Of a DNA stretch of 64,000 nucleotides, positions 10,280 through 20,544 are shown one piece after another. The notes beneath the pieces are model-generated. The model was not told the origin of the DNA, ran no database searches, and saw only the letters and a program-made list of their open reading frames with translations. This DNA is from Prevotella sp. (GTDB taxonomy: Bacteria; Bacteroidota; Bacteroidia; Bacteroidales; Dysgonomonadaceae): positions 128,001 to 192,000 of the forward strand of contig JAITVV010000092.1 of assembly GCA_031285625.1 (NCBI GenBank). Reading direction: 5' to 3'. The position numbers were made by a program, and so were the translations under genes. Position 1 is the first letter of the stretch, and every line of letters begins with the position of its first letter.

Positions 10280-10832
10280 TATTCAGTTTATCCCTTATCT
10301 CCATTAATGCAAAGCCTAATAGATTCGAACCTTTCCATAGACGGGGATTCTCGGCATGTTCATCATCCTGCGCCATTCCTATTCCCCATATTTTATCTAC
10401 GGGACTGGCTTCAACCAATACCCTGTCTTTTGTATTCAGCAAAAATTCTTTCAGACCGGCATGTTGCGAGAACTTATGATAATTCCCTTCACAAACGATA
10501 TCAAAACAGTTTTCACCCCATACTTTCGGGTCAAAATTCTTGACTTTCCTTCCCAGTTTTTTAGCTTCGGCTGGAGATTTTGCTTGTAAGATTTGTTCTA
10601 TCATTTCTTTATCAAATAATTCTGCTTTCTTAGCCATCATCCAATGTTCGGCAGTGGCATATGTCACGCCATCTACCGTGAAAGCACTCTGCCACCACTG
10701 GCTAAAGCATGATTTTGTTACTGAGCCGTCTTTTGACACGGCATGTCCCCAGAATAGAAGATATTTAGCACTTTCTTTTTTCTCAACTTTATTTAGTAGC
10801 CAGTTTATGTTGTAGGTTGTATATTTTTCCAT
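10266..10832 (-). CDS. NADAR family protein 1
   Basis: FWGH, FSQW, AEHWMM, LVEASPVDKIWGIG and GSNLLGFALMEIR motifs. Confidence 0.92.
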   Translation of the reverse strand: MEKYTTYNINWLLNKVEKKESAKYLLFWGHAVSKDGSVTKSCFSQWWQSAFTVDGVTYATAEHWMMAKKAELFDKEMIEQILQAKSPAEAKKLGRKVKNFDPKVWGENCFDIVCEGNYHKFSQHAGLKEFLLNTKDRVLVEASPVDKIWGIGMAQDDEHAENPRLWKGSNLLGFALMEIRDKLNNENI

Positions 10833-10870
10833 TGTTTTTTTATTTTATATAATTATTTTCTTTTTACTGT

Positions 10871-11095
10871 GCGCAATCAAAGATTGCTTACCTTCCTTTT
10901 GCCCAAAGCCGCAAAAGGAAGCAAAAACGCTTTGGTGGCACACCCTCTCAGACGACCCCTTACAGGCTCACGGACTAAATCGAAAGAACTTGCCTTTCAG
11001 GCTTCGGACAACTTTCAATTTTACGTCCGTTTTACCTGAGGGGTACCCCGTCTGTCGGGTTAACGCCACTGAGAGCAAAGCCGCGACAAGAAAGG
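10871..11095. repeat. GC-richer nested-palindrome element (MITE/REP-like or structured RNA)
   Basis: CTTCCTTTTGC..GCAAAAGGAAG hairpin plus nested long-range pairs GTGGC/GCCAC, AGACG/CGTCT, ACCCCT/AGGGGT and ACGGAC/GTCCGT. Confidence 0.5.
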
Positions 11096-11114
11096 GTATT
11101 AATTTCAAATTTCT

Positions 11115-12005
11115 TTATATACTTAGTTGCACAAATTCTTTTATAAAGTTTTTATCCAGTGTCTCGCGCCAGGTTCGCATAGAGTGAAAAGCATCCGTTT
11201 CGGAAAGCATCAGATAATTCAATACATTCTGATTTACGTTAGCATCACTCCGAAGCCTGACTCCCGAACCGCTGACATCACCCAAAGCACAGATTGCCGT
11301 TTTCTTGGCCAGACTGATGTCTATATACGAACCAGCCTGCTTGGTATCGAACATATAAGGTGGATAGTAATTCTTATATTTCCCATTTATAGTCTTTACT
11401 TTATCGGTACATATATGATAAAAACTTGTCACCTTAATACCATGTATCTCAGGGATAATAAATACTGAATCGGGATTTATGCCTGCATGAGTAACCTCCA
11501 GTGATTCCAGCATAGATACAAATTCTATTAGCCGGGAGAATATCCAGTTCACGTGTTTATTTTTTTCATTTTCAGGGAGTAAACCGATTGCCTTGTTTAA
11601 CGGAATACACTTATATCCGGATTTATAAACCAGTTGATTCCCTTCAAAATCAAGATTAGATGGTATATACTGCATAAAGTGGCTGAAAGACTGCGCATTA
11701 AAATTACTCTTAGCCAAAAATATGATTTTATCATAGTTCACCTTGGACTTCTTAAGCAAATCAACATCACCTTCCCACCTATGGACCAGATAATTGGAAC
11801 GGAATATTCCCGATTCATCCCGAAACTCGTAACCTCTCTCAAAATCCGTTTTCAGATTATTAAGATGGGTAAAAGCCAAGACAGCATCTTTATCTTTATT
11901 TACATCCGGGTGAAGATTTTTTGCTAAAATCTTATAATCCGCGTGGTCTTTACAAATGTCAGGATACCAGTTTGTAGATAATATTCTATTGATGTAGTTG
12001 TTCAT
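11115..12005 (-). CDS. J-domain fused to a degenerate protein-kinase-like domain
   Basis: YKILAKNLHPDVN (J-domain HPD motif); THAGINPDSVFI resembles a kinase catalytic loop lacking the Asp. Confidence 0.6.
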   Translation of the reverse strand: MNNYINRILSTNWYPDICKDHADYKILAKNLHPDVNKDKDAVLAFTHLNNLKTDFERGYEFRDESGIFRSNYLVHRWEGDVDLLKKSKVNYDKIIFLAKSNFNAQSFSHFMQYIPSNLDFEGNQLVYKSGYKCIPLNKAIGLLPENEKNKHVNWIFSRLIEFVSMLESLEVTHAGINPDSVFIIPEIHGIKVTSFYHICTDKVKTINGKYKNYYPPYMFDTKQAGSYIDISLAKKTAICALGDVSGSGVRLRSDANVNQNVLNYLMLSETDAFHSMRTWRETLDKNFIKEFVQLSI

Positions 12006-12099
12006 AAGTTTGGTTGTTAATGATTAAAATAATATATCTATGAGGGATGAGATTCTTCACTTCGTTCAGAATGACAAAACAATAGATACATATTCTCCA

Positions 12100-12801
12100 T
12101 TACAATTCAAAGTAAAATCCATCTTTCGACAATTTCTCATATTTCTCTTTGTCGAAACTATACAGTTTTGGTGCCCTGTTTGGCGCTCCGCTTAGAAACT
12201 CATTTTTATCAATCAGAAGACCGAAGCTCAGCATTTTCTTTCTGAAATTGCGTCTGTCCATCTTTGTTTGTAGAACGGTTTCGTAGAGTTGATGCAGCTC
12301 AGGCAAAGTAAATTCCTCCGGTAACAGTTCAAAACCAATAGGCTGATATTTTATTTTCCCTTTTAGTCTTTCAATTGCCATTTTCAGAATTTCCTGATGG
12401 TCAAAAGCCAAGTCAGGAACTTCTGAAAGAGGAAACCATTTTATATTAGCCGTATCCGTTCCTGCCTGCGCATCATAATCGGATAGTTTAACTAATGCAT
12501 AATAGGCAATACTCACCACCCGGTAACGGGGGTCACGCTCTACTGCCGAAAAAGTGTAAAGCTGCTCCATAAATAAATCAGACAGACAAGTCTCTTCCAA
12601 TAATTTACGTCGAGCACAGGTTTCTGCATCTTCATTCATATCAAGGAATCCACCAGGCAGTGCCCATCTGCCTTTATAGGGCTCAATACCCCTCTCAATC
12701 AACAGTATTTTCAATTCTCCTTCATCGAATCCGAATATAACACAGTCAGTCGTCACTGCCGGTCTCGGATATTCATAAATGTAACTTCCCGGTTGTTCCA
12801 T
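12100..12801 (-). CDS. nrtR: NrtR family Nudix-wHTH transcriptional regulator
   Basis: PAVTTDCVIF, WALPGGF, degenerate Nudix box, RDPRYRV, LAFDH; C-terminal wHTH FTLPELHQLYE...DRRNFRKK. Confidence 0.9.
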   Translation of the reverse strand: MEQPGSYIYEYPRPAVTTDCVIFGFDEGELKILLIERGIEPYKGRWALPGGFLDMNEDAETCARRKLLEETCLSDLFMEQLYTFSAVERDPRYRVVSIAYYALVKLSDYDAQAGTDTANIKWFPLSEVPDLAFDHQEILKMAIERLKGKIKYQPIGFELLPEEFTLPELHQLYETVLQTKMDRRNFRKKMLSFGLLIDKNEFLSGAPNRAPKLYSFDKEKYEKLSKDGFYFEL

Positions 12802-12870
12802 ATTTTTTATTTCAAAATTCTAAGTTGTAAAAAGAGGTTTAATTAAAAATATCAGAGTATTATCTTCTTT

Positions 12871-12939
12871 GTCATTCTGAATGTAATGAAGAATCTCGAC
12901 CCTCCGGACATGAGATGTTTCACTACGTTCAACATGACA
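12871..12939. repeat. GTCATTCTGA...GAATGAC-type palindromic REP-like repeat; partial copies near 12050, 38532 and 43190
   Basis: GTCATTCTGAATGTAATGAAGAATCTC...GAGATGTTTCACTACGTTCAACATGAC; related GAGATTCTTCACTTCGTTCAGAA halves elsewhere in the window. Confidence 0.65.
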
Positions 12940-12982
12940 AAGAGAAAAAATTACTTTTGAGGCTCTTACCATCCTATAGTTA

Positions 12983-13049
12983 GCGTAATTTTTACGCAAA
13001 TATATATGGTTATTTTTTATCTGCAAAATATTTGGCGTAATTTTTACGC
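12983..13049 (-). promoter_or_regulatory. Two tandem NrtR-type operators flanking a TAnnTTTG promoter of nrtR
   Basis: Identical GCGTAATTTTTACGC at 12983-12997 and 13035-13049 (GT-N7-AC core); TATATTTG on the minus strand at 12997-13004. Confidence 0.75.
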
Positions 13050-13060
13050 AAACTACAAAA

Positions 13061-14083
13061 TTATTCTTGATTATTATATAGTTCTTTAGCCAAACGAAAT
13101 TTCCAACCAAAAAAATCGACCAAAGACTGAGGAGATAATACCTTTATGCTATTAGCAAAGCCGAAAATCTCCCGTTGTAATTCCTGATTAATCACAACCT
13201 CTATTTCAAATACAATGGAACCATCTTCGTTTTCTTTGACAACCTTCTGGCTTTTGTGGAAAGGCTTTGTCCTTATATAGGGAGCGTTTTGCTTATCTGC
13301 CCAGAAACGTACGACTTCCGCCTCCTGATTCAATGTTTTTGTAACACCTATAACATTATCGAAGAAAGTGGTTGTGTCGAATATTGTATTTTCATGGTAT
13401 GGTTCGTTTTCGGCAATATCCAGGCTATGAATCCTATCCAAAGCCAGATTCATAAGCATAGGTGTTCCTTTTTTTACTCCGAATACAAACCAGCGGTTAC
13501 GATACTCTTTCAGCAGGTAAGGATAAAAAATAAATGTAGAGGCCGAACGTGCTTTAAACGAACGGTATTTCATTTCCAGCGATTGCTTATTGGCAATAGC
13601 ATGATAGATTGCATCGAGGTAATCCAGTCCCTTCAGGCTTTCATTCTTCTCAAAATCGATAACAGGTACGGTTTTCTGTTTAGCAGAAGTTACATGGTCT
13701 TCGAGACGGCTAACAATATCGTCCATCCCCGTGAAATAAGAAAAACTTTTGAATTGCCTAAGTACCTCAACAGCTTCTGACATTACTTTGAGGTCTTGCT
13801 CCGACAAAGGTGTATTTGTTATACTATAGTCCTCATCTTCATAGGTGTAATACTTATTATCGTAGACAATAATAGGTGCGTTATACCCTAGTTTTTCACT
13901 GCGCATCATCTGTATATCCATTTGCACGGTGCGCTTGCTGATTCCTTTATCAATACCTTCGTATTCATACAAGGCATCCGAACAGGCATCAATCAGGTCT
14001 TCGAGTGTCCATCTACGGTACTTGTTTCGCAGGCAGGTGTCTATTGTTTTATAGCGTATCAGTGCGTTTCTGTTTGCTGGCAT
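13061..14083 (-). CDS. wHTH-WYL-WCX transcriptional regulator
   Basis: MPANRNALIRY, ISKRTVQMDIQMMR (HTH), PYLLKEYRNRWFVFG, LALDRI, IKVLSPQSL. Confidence 0.9.
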   Translation of the reverse strand: MPANRNALIRYKTIDTCLRNKYRRWTLEDLIDACSDALYEYEGIDKGISKRTVQMDIQMMRSEKLGYNAPIIVYDNKYYTYEDEDYSITNTPLSEQDLKVMSEAVEVLRQFKSFSYFTGMDDIVSRLEDHVTSAKQKTVPVIDFEKNESLKGLDYLDAIYHAIANKQSLEMKYRSFKARSASTFIFYPYLLKEYRNRWFVFGVKKGTPMLMNLALDRIHSLDIAENEPYHENTIFDTTTFFDNVIGVTKTLNQEAEVVRFWADKQNAPYIRTKPFHKSQKVVKENEDGSIVFEIEVVINQELQREIFGFANSIKVLSPQSLVDFFGWKFRLAKELYNNQE

Positions 14084-14085
14084 AG

Positions 14086-14451
14086 TTATTCATATTTACT
14101 ATATTTCTTAATCCATCCGTCATCACCAAGCAGTTCACCTGCAAGCCCGTCACTTTCATCAACCAGATTATGAAAGACTTCTTTTTCACCGAGATAACCG
14201 ACTAAATACTCTTCATTTTGCTCAAATAACGTTAATGTATTAAATAGCTGATTATCTATAGTATCCATAATAACACGATGTAAAATTGATTTTGCATTCT
14301 CGTCCAATTGAGAAATAAAAGTATGCAGTTTAAGGCTATTGGCATCCTTCATCTTTCCCTCTATAATCCTATTATATTTGTCAATTGTCCTATCTCTTAC
14401 ATTTTCAATAAGCAGCTCTCCAAAAGTATTTAGTTTATCATTTGCTTTCAT
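14086..14451 (-). CDS. Hypothetical protein, possibly an orphan immunity-type protein
   Basis: 121-aa ORF ending 2 nt before the WYL start; DGLAGELLGDDGWIKKYS C-terminus. Confidence 0.55.
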   Translation of the reverse strand: MKANDKLNTFGELLIENVRDRTIDKYNRIIEGKMKDANSLKLHTFISQLDENAKSILHRVIMDTIDNQLFNTLTLFEQNEEYLVGYLGEKEVFHNLVDESDGLAGELLGDDGWIKKYSKYE

Positions 14452-14502
14452 AATCTTATTTCTTTTTCTCCCAAATCTTTTTTATTATACTATTCATAGT
14501 TT

Positions 14503-15105
<603 letters not shown>

Positions 15106-15133
15106 TCAAAAATAGAGAAAAATATTCAGGTTG

Positions 15134-15148
15134 CGCAAATGAATTGCG
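15134..15148. promoter_or_regulatory. CGCA-N7-TGCG box upstream of the cbrC-like/WYL operon
   Basis: CGCAAATGAATTGCG; TATTTTTG on the minus strand at 15107-15114. Confidence 0.55.
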
Positions 15149-15186
15149 TTATATTTTAATATTCTGTAATAGGCTTGCAAAAAAAT

Positions 15187-15216
15187 AAAAAGGGTATCCA
15201 GTCGGATACCCTTTTT
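15187..15216. terminator. Intrinsic terminator with bidirectional form
   Basis: AAAAAGGGTATCC-agtc-GGATACCCTTTTT. Confidence 0.8.
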
Positions 15217-15236
15217 GAACAACTTATTAAATAACC

Positions 15237-16490
15237 TTATTTAATAGTAACTTTAATCGTGTTAGCTACAGTCGGTATAGGGAAAGTATTATCGACTTTC
15301 TTTATCACAGCATCTTCAACTTGTGATGTACCCCCAAATAAAGACTGACCATTACCGGCACCCGGATACTGGCTAACAGCTGTACCATCATCGAACAGTA
15401 CTGTCTTACTGGTTAAGTCTCCTTTATAGCTAGCCAAAATCGATTCCTCATTAGCATAGAACCAGTCGTTACCATATCCAAACATCGTAACATATGCAAT
15501 CTTATCTCCATCCCATGCCTTGAATTTAACTTCAGCACTTTTTCCCGGGTTAATCGGTTCTGAATTAGCTACGAATAAATATCTTACATTAGACATTCCC
15601 GAAAGAGCGGATTTCAGTTTAGATTCGTCTCCATTTTGAGCAAGTTCTTTAAGACCAATATTAGCATCTTTCTTATCAAGTTGATAAATTGGATTAACAT
15701 CACCTGTATAAACAACTACCAAAACAGGAGAAAGAGTGGTAATAATACCAGTCATCTCACTAACCATATCTCCTAATGGTTGATTATTTCCATTTTCAGC
15801 AAGTGCTGTAAGTTGGGCAGATGATTTTTCGTCTCCTTTGAAGAATGGCTCTCTTTTGACATATTCACCTCCCAACATATTAGACACAACCCATACTCCA
15901 GAAGATAGTGGAGTTTCATTAATTGTACCATTACTGTTATTTTTGATAGTAAGCGTAAATTCTGAAGTAACAGCATCGTAAGTTAAGTTTAGCTTTACAA
16001 GATCTGATGCCGGACGATATAAATTGCCTTGAGCATCCTGCGTCTCTACTTTCTTTATCGTACCATCTTCAGGATCGCCAGGATGAGCGATACCAGATCC
16101 CGGTTGTTTATTTATTCTGGTACCATTGTCCCATAAATGAATTTGTGATGACACATCTCCAGTACGGGCTTTTCCGTCTCCATCAAATAATTCTACTCCC
16201 GGATTTTCAGGTGCAAAAAATAAATCATTGGAGTAACCATACATTGTAGCAAACATCAGACGTTGCCCTTTTCCAGCATGAAATTTGATATCTACCGAGT
16301 TACCCGGAAGTATACCGTCAAATTTACCACTTTGGACAAACTCTTTAAGAACCACTTTATTCTCAAATGTAATAGTGGATTCCAAATCATAATAATCATC
16401 AGCATCGTCATCATCGCTACAAGAGCTGAACGACAAACCAGTAATTAATAGCACTGTTAAAAATGCAATTGATAAAAATTTCTTTTTCAT
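15237..16490 (-). CDS. Spondin_N-domain lipoprotein
   Basis: Lipobox FSSC; two FATMYGYSNDLFFA / VTMFGYGNDWFYA repeats; WDNGT. Confidence 0.75.
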   Translation of the reverse strand: MKKKFLSIAFLTVLLITGLSFSSCSDDDDADDYYDLESTITFENKVVLKEFVQSGKFDGILPGNSVDIKFHAGKGQRLMFATMYGYSNDLFFAPENPGVELFDGDGKARTGDVSSQIHLWDNGTRINKQPGSGIAHPGDPEDGTIKKVETQDAQGNLYRPASDLVKLNLTYDAVTSEFTLTIKNNSNGTINETPLSSGVWVVSNMLGGEYVKREPFFKGDEKSSAQLTALAENGNNQPLGDMVSEMTGIITTLSPVLVVVYTGDVNPIYQLDKKDANIGLKELAQNGDESKLKSALSGMSNVRYLFVANSEPINPGKSAEVKFKAWDGDKIAYVTMFGYGNDWFYANEESILASYKGDLTSKTVLFDDGTAVSQYPGAGNGQSLFGGTSQVEDAVIKKVDNTFPIPTVANTIKVTIK

Positions 16491-16904
16491 AAGATCTTAA
16501 TTTTTTTTGTGAAATGTATTAAATGGACATTTATTCATACCCTATATAACAAGTGCTATTTTTCAAAAGTTGAGTGATTTTATAGCAAAAAGTGACAAAT
16601 TAACGTTCAATAAGTAATTTTAGAATTAAAACTCGATTTTTTCTTAAAAAACTCATCATTCATAACATATTTTTAAATCAATTTAACACCAATAGAAATT
16701 TACATTAAAGGCTTTTCGAATGATAGATTTGATTTGGCTAAAAAATCTTTATATCTTTGTTCATATTATTTATAACTGTTTATAATTGATGTCATGTAAT
16801 TGTTTAGGATACATACCGGGAGCCTTCCCGGAGATTGGAGACCGCAAGCTGTAACTTGTAGGTCTTAGCTATTGTATTCTATATTCATTAAAAACAATTA
16901 CATA

Positions 16905-17603
16905 ATGTTATCACAAAAATATGGTCGCACATACCATTTTCCGTTTTCGCCCGGAACTACAAGCGACGACCGAATCAATCATACATACTGGGATGATATC
17001 CAACAGATAAAAACCCTTATTCATACAGAGAAACTGGATGGCGAAAATAACTGTCTTAATCAGTTCGGGGTATTTGCACGTTCGCATGCAGCACCTACAA
17101 CCTCAGCCTGGACAACCCAGCTGCGTGAACGGTGGGAGCTGATAAAACGCGACTTAGGAGAAATCGAACTTTTTGGAGAAAATCTGTATGCAGTGCATTC
17201 TATTGAATATAAACAGATAGAATCCTACTATTACATATTTGCAGTCCGTTGTCTCGATAAATGGTTATCATGGGAAGAGGTAAAATTCTATGCTGCAATG
17301 TTTGATCTTCCTACTGTACCCGAAATTGCAGCTCATTCAGTAAACAATCTCACAAAAGATAGTCTGGAGAAGCAGATTATAGCATTGGCTAATGAACCCA
17401 GCATATTTGGCTCTATTGACACTCAGACTGAAGAAGATTGTACACGGGAAGGCATTGTTACACGAAACGCAGAGGAATATGCAGCAAAAGATTTTGCCCA
17501 CAATGTATTCAAATATGTAAGAAAAGGACATGTAAAAACAGGAGAGCATTGGACCCGTAACTGGAAACGGGCTCAGCTTATTTGGGAAAGGGGAAAAATA
17601 TGA
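16905..17603 (+). CDS. ATP-dependent RNA ligase (Rnl2-like nucleotidyltransferase)
   Basis: Motif I TEKLDGEN, motif III LFGEN, motif IV REGIV, motif V FKYV; start set at MLSQKY. Confidence 0.85.
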   Translation: MLSQKYGRTYHFPFSPGTTSDDRINHTYWDDIQQIKTLIHTEKLDGENNCLNQFGVFARSHAAPTTSAWTTQLRERWELIKRDLGEIELFGENLYAVHSIEYKQIESYYYIFAVRCLDKWLSWEEVKFYAAMFDLPTVPEIAAHSVNNLTKDSLEKQIIALANEPSIFGSIDTQTEEDCTREGIVTRNAEEYAAKDFAHNVFKYVRKGHVKTGEHWTRNWKRAQLIWERGKI

Positions 17604-17681
17604 AGAATGATACACGAATAAACGGAATTATATCCCCCCAAAATTATCTAATATAAAGATCGTAAACTATAAGTCATAAAA

Positions 17682-17733
17682 GAAAAAGTAACAATAAAAA
17701 ACAAGTAAAATAGTGTCACCTTTGTCACTTTTT
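17682..17733 (-). repeat. ~50-bp dispersed GTGACA/GTAACA repeat, copy 1 (others at 33743, 38408, 58163, 61674)
   Basis: AAAAGTGACAAA(A/G)GT(A/G)ACA-N~21-TGTTACTTT, recurring five times in intergenic DNA. Confidence 0.7.
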
Positions 17734-17813
17734 AACATAAATCACATTGATTACTATATGTTTAAATATTTTAAGAAAGGTGTCACTTTTTTATATATGA
17801 TAAAATATAAATT

Positions 17814-18932
17814 ATGGAAAAGATTTGGAAACTGACACAAGATAAAAATTGGGATGCATTGGAAAAGCAATTCCAATGGGTAAATGATATGAGTAATGTA
17901 CCACAACATAAAATACATCACGGAGAAGGTAATGTTGCCAAACATACACAAATGGTATTGGACGAGCTCATCAAACTTCCCCAATACAATACATTATCAG
18001 AGCAAGATAAAGAAATATTATGGGTTAGTGCTTTGTTGCATGATGTGGAAAAACGATCTACATCACAGGACGATGGATTTGGTAAGGTTTCGGCAAACGG
18101 ACATGCGCGCAGAGGAGAATATACAACACGTACTATTCTTTTCAGGGATATCCCTACCCCATTTCATATCCGTGAAAAAATAGCTTCATTGGTACGCTTT
18201 CATGGATTACCATTATGGTTATTAGAAAAAGTAGAGCCGGCAAAAAAAATACATGAAGTATCGTTAAGGCTTGACACCTCACAATTAAAAACGCTTGCAG
18301 AAGCAGATGCAAAAGGAAGAATATGTGAAGATCTGCCTCAATTGATGGAATCATTGGAATTATTTGAATTGTTCTGTAAAGAGCAAGGTTGTTGGGGTAA
18401 AGCTTTAGAATTTGAGACACCCAATGCAAGGTTTCAGTATTTTAACTCGATAGACGGATATATAGGATATGTTCCTTTCGACGATTTTAAGAGTGAAGTC
18501 ACAATACTTTCCGGATTACCGGGCATGGGAAAAGATCATTACATTCAATCCTTAAAAACTGATATTCCGGTAATAAGCCTTGATGCTATCCGCCGCAAAC
18601 ATAAACTAAGCCCGACAGACAGGTCTGCCACAGGGTGGGTAGTACAAACGGCCAAAGAGCAAGCTCGCGAATACCTTCGCAAAGGACAAAATTTTATATG
18701 GAATGCAACTAATATTACACGACTTATGCGGCAGCAACTAGTCGATTTGTTTACATTATACGACGCAAAAGTAAATATCGTTTATCTGGAAAAGCCATAT
18801 GATAAATGGCGTACTCAAAATCGTAATCGTGAGTACCCATTACCTGAAAACGTATTGAATAAGATGCTATATAAATTGGAAATACCTCAACTCGTAGAAG
18901 CACACGACGTGAAATATATTATAGAAGAGTAG
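17814..18932 (+). CDS. HD phosphohydrolase fused to a P-loop (AAA_33) kinase; probable RNA end-healing enzyme
   Basis: HHGEGNVAKHT, LLHDVEK, GHARRG; GLPGMGKD Walker A; IWNATN. Confidence 0.85.
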   Translation: MEKIWKLTQDKNWDALEKQFQWVNDMSNVPQHKIHHGEGNVAKHTQMVLDELIKLPQYNTLSEQDKEILWVSALLHDVEKRSTSQDDGFGKVSANGHARRGEYTTRTILFRDIPTPFHIREKIASLVRFHGLPLWLLEKVEPAKKIHEVSLRLDTSQLKTLAEADAKGRICEDLPQLMESLELFELFCKEQGCWGKALEFETPNARFQYFNSIDGYIGYVPFDDFKSEVTILSGLPGMGKDHYIQSLKTDIPVISLDAIRRKHKLSPTDRSATGWVVQTAKEQAREYLRKGQNFIWNATNITRLMRQQLVDLFTLYDAKVNIVYLEKPYDKWRTQNRNREYPLPENVLNKMLYKLEIPQLVEAHDVKYIIEE

Positions 18933-19068
18933 TCAAGAATTACTAATATAATTTAAGGTGTTGCTTATGTTTCGCCTTAAATTATATTCAATATCCATCT
19001 ATTTTTCGTACGTTTGCTAATATAAGAAATGAACAGGTCTACTTCCTTAACTTTTTATCTAAGCAATA

Positions 19069-20025
19069 ATGTCAATCTTTACTATACTCGTTATAATATT
19101 CATTATAGTACCTATTATTAAAAGCATATTTAAGCATTATAATGAACAAAAGCCGCATTCTACCGGCTATAATTGGGGGAAATTATATTCAGCAAGACTT
19201 CGTTCGATATTAAGTTCCTATAATAATTTACGAGATGAGGAGATTATTGACAGTGCCATCGGATTTTATCTTTTTAGTTATAATGACGACACGAATGAAT
19301 TCATCTTCATACAAGAAGAAGATATCGCTATTATAAATCATTTTACTTATATGCAACTTATAAGCTATAATATCAGGAACACACGGGATTACAATATCAT
19401 TATAGATCTAAAAACGACTGTACCTAATAAGACACATATTTCCATCGAATGCTTTAATAGAGAAATTGCTCTGAAAAAGATACCATACTTAACATCAAGC
19501 CCTTCTGAATTTGATAATTTATATCAAATTGAAAAAGAGAAAGTAGAAGAAGTAGAATACATACTTCAGGAAATTCTTGAAAAACGTGGTAATACTGAAC
19601 AACCTCCAGTATATAAGGAAGAGGCTATAACTAATGAGGTTCCTATATATACTATCCCTATACCCGTAGAAGATGAAGTTCAGGTAATTGATGTCAAAGA
19701 AGAAATCATTCCGACAGAAATAGAGGAGGATGTTCCAGTATTGGGCGAACTAGTAACGGAAGAGGAAGAGCTTTTATACGAAACTCCATATTATGAAACT
19801 TCTCAACTTGAAGAATTAGTTACCAAGCAATCTGATAAAGAGGATAAGATACCAGTAACAGAAGAAAGCAGTGGTGAGATTGAAGTATCTTTATCTGATA
19901 TCGATGACTATTCCCGGGGGAAATTTCTGGATTGGGAAATACAGTCGGCAGTAGGTGACGCAAAAATAAAAGGACAGAAATCGATCTATCTCAGTGCCGA
20001 ACAATTAGAGAAACTAAAATCGTAA
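19069..20025 (+). CDS. Hypothetical membrane-anchored protein with an acidic tail
   Basis: N-terminal TM helix; Glu-rich low-complexity C-terminal half. Confidence 0.6.
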   Translation: MSIFTILVIIFIIVPIIKSIFKHYNEQKPHSTGYNWGKLYSARLRSILSSYNNLRDEEIIDSAIGFYLFSYNDDTNEFIFIQEEDIAIINHFTYMQLISYNIRNTRDYNIIIDLKTTVPNKTHISIECFNREIALKKIPYLTSSPSEFDNLYQIEKEKVEEVEYILQEILEKRGNTEQPPVYKEEAITNEVPIYTIPIPVEDEVQVIDVKEEIIPTEIEEDVPVLGELVTEEEELLYETPYYETSQLEELVTKQSDKEDKIPVTEESSGEIEVSLSDIDDYSRGKFLDWEIQSAVGDAKIKGQKSIYLSAEQLEKLKS

Positions 20026-20113
20026 ATAATAAACATTTTAAAGAGAAAACCGTTTATAAATAAGTTCTGTAATACAATATAACAGAAATTATTACTTTAT
20101 AAACAATTTAATT

Positions 20114-20473
20114 ATGTACAAATTAATTCTAAGCTTGCTAACAATGACCTTATTTTTAGGTGCATGCAGCAGCTCACAAAAAAACACCGATTCAGAAAAT
20201 GTAGAAACCCTGGTAATAGCATCACAGCAAGGTGATTGTGTAGGTGTAGCGCCTATGGAATGTTTTCTTGTAAAAAAAGATGGGCAAACCGAATGGGAGT
20301 TCTTTTATAACAATATAGAGGGTTTTAATTACGAACCTGGAAACGAATATGTAATAGAGGTAAAAACCGAAAAGATAGAAACTCCTGCTGCTGATCAATC
20401 ATCTTTAAAATATACTTTAGTGAAAGAAGTATCGAAGACACAAAAGACATCAGAAAATTTGCCTGTCAAATAA
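20114..20473 (+). CDS. DUF4377 lipoprotein
   Basis: Lipobox LGAC; CVGVAPMECF, IEGFNYEPGNEY and PAADQSSLKY motifs. Confidence 0.85.
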   Translation: MYKLILSLLTMTLFLGACSSSQKNTDSENVETLVIASQQGDCVGVAPMECFLVKKDGQTEWEFFYNNIEGFNYEPGNEYVIEVKTEKIETPAADQSSLKYTLVKEVSKTQKTSENLPVK

Positions 20474-20544
20474 ATACTTTCAATGAGATAAATAGAATAA
20501 AGCTTACATGAATTTATGTAAGCCTTATCTTTTAAATTAGTAAG

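Noticed and set aside
10872-10887. Additional CGCA-N7-TGCG box before the NADAR genes
   Set aside because: Spacing and right half do not fit; it is part of the palindromic element.
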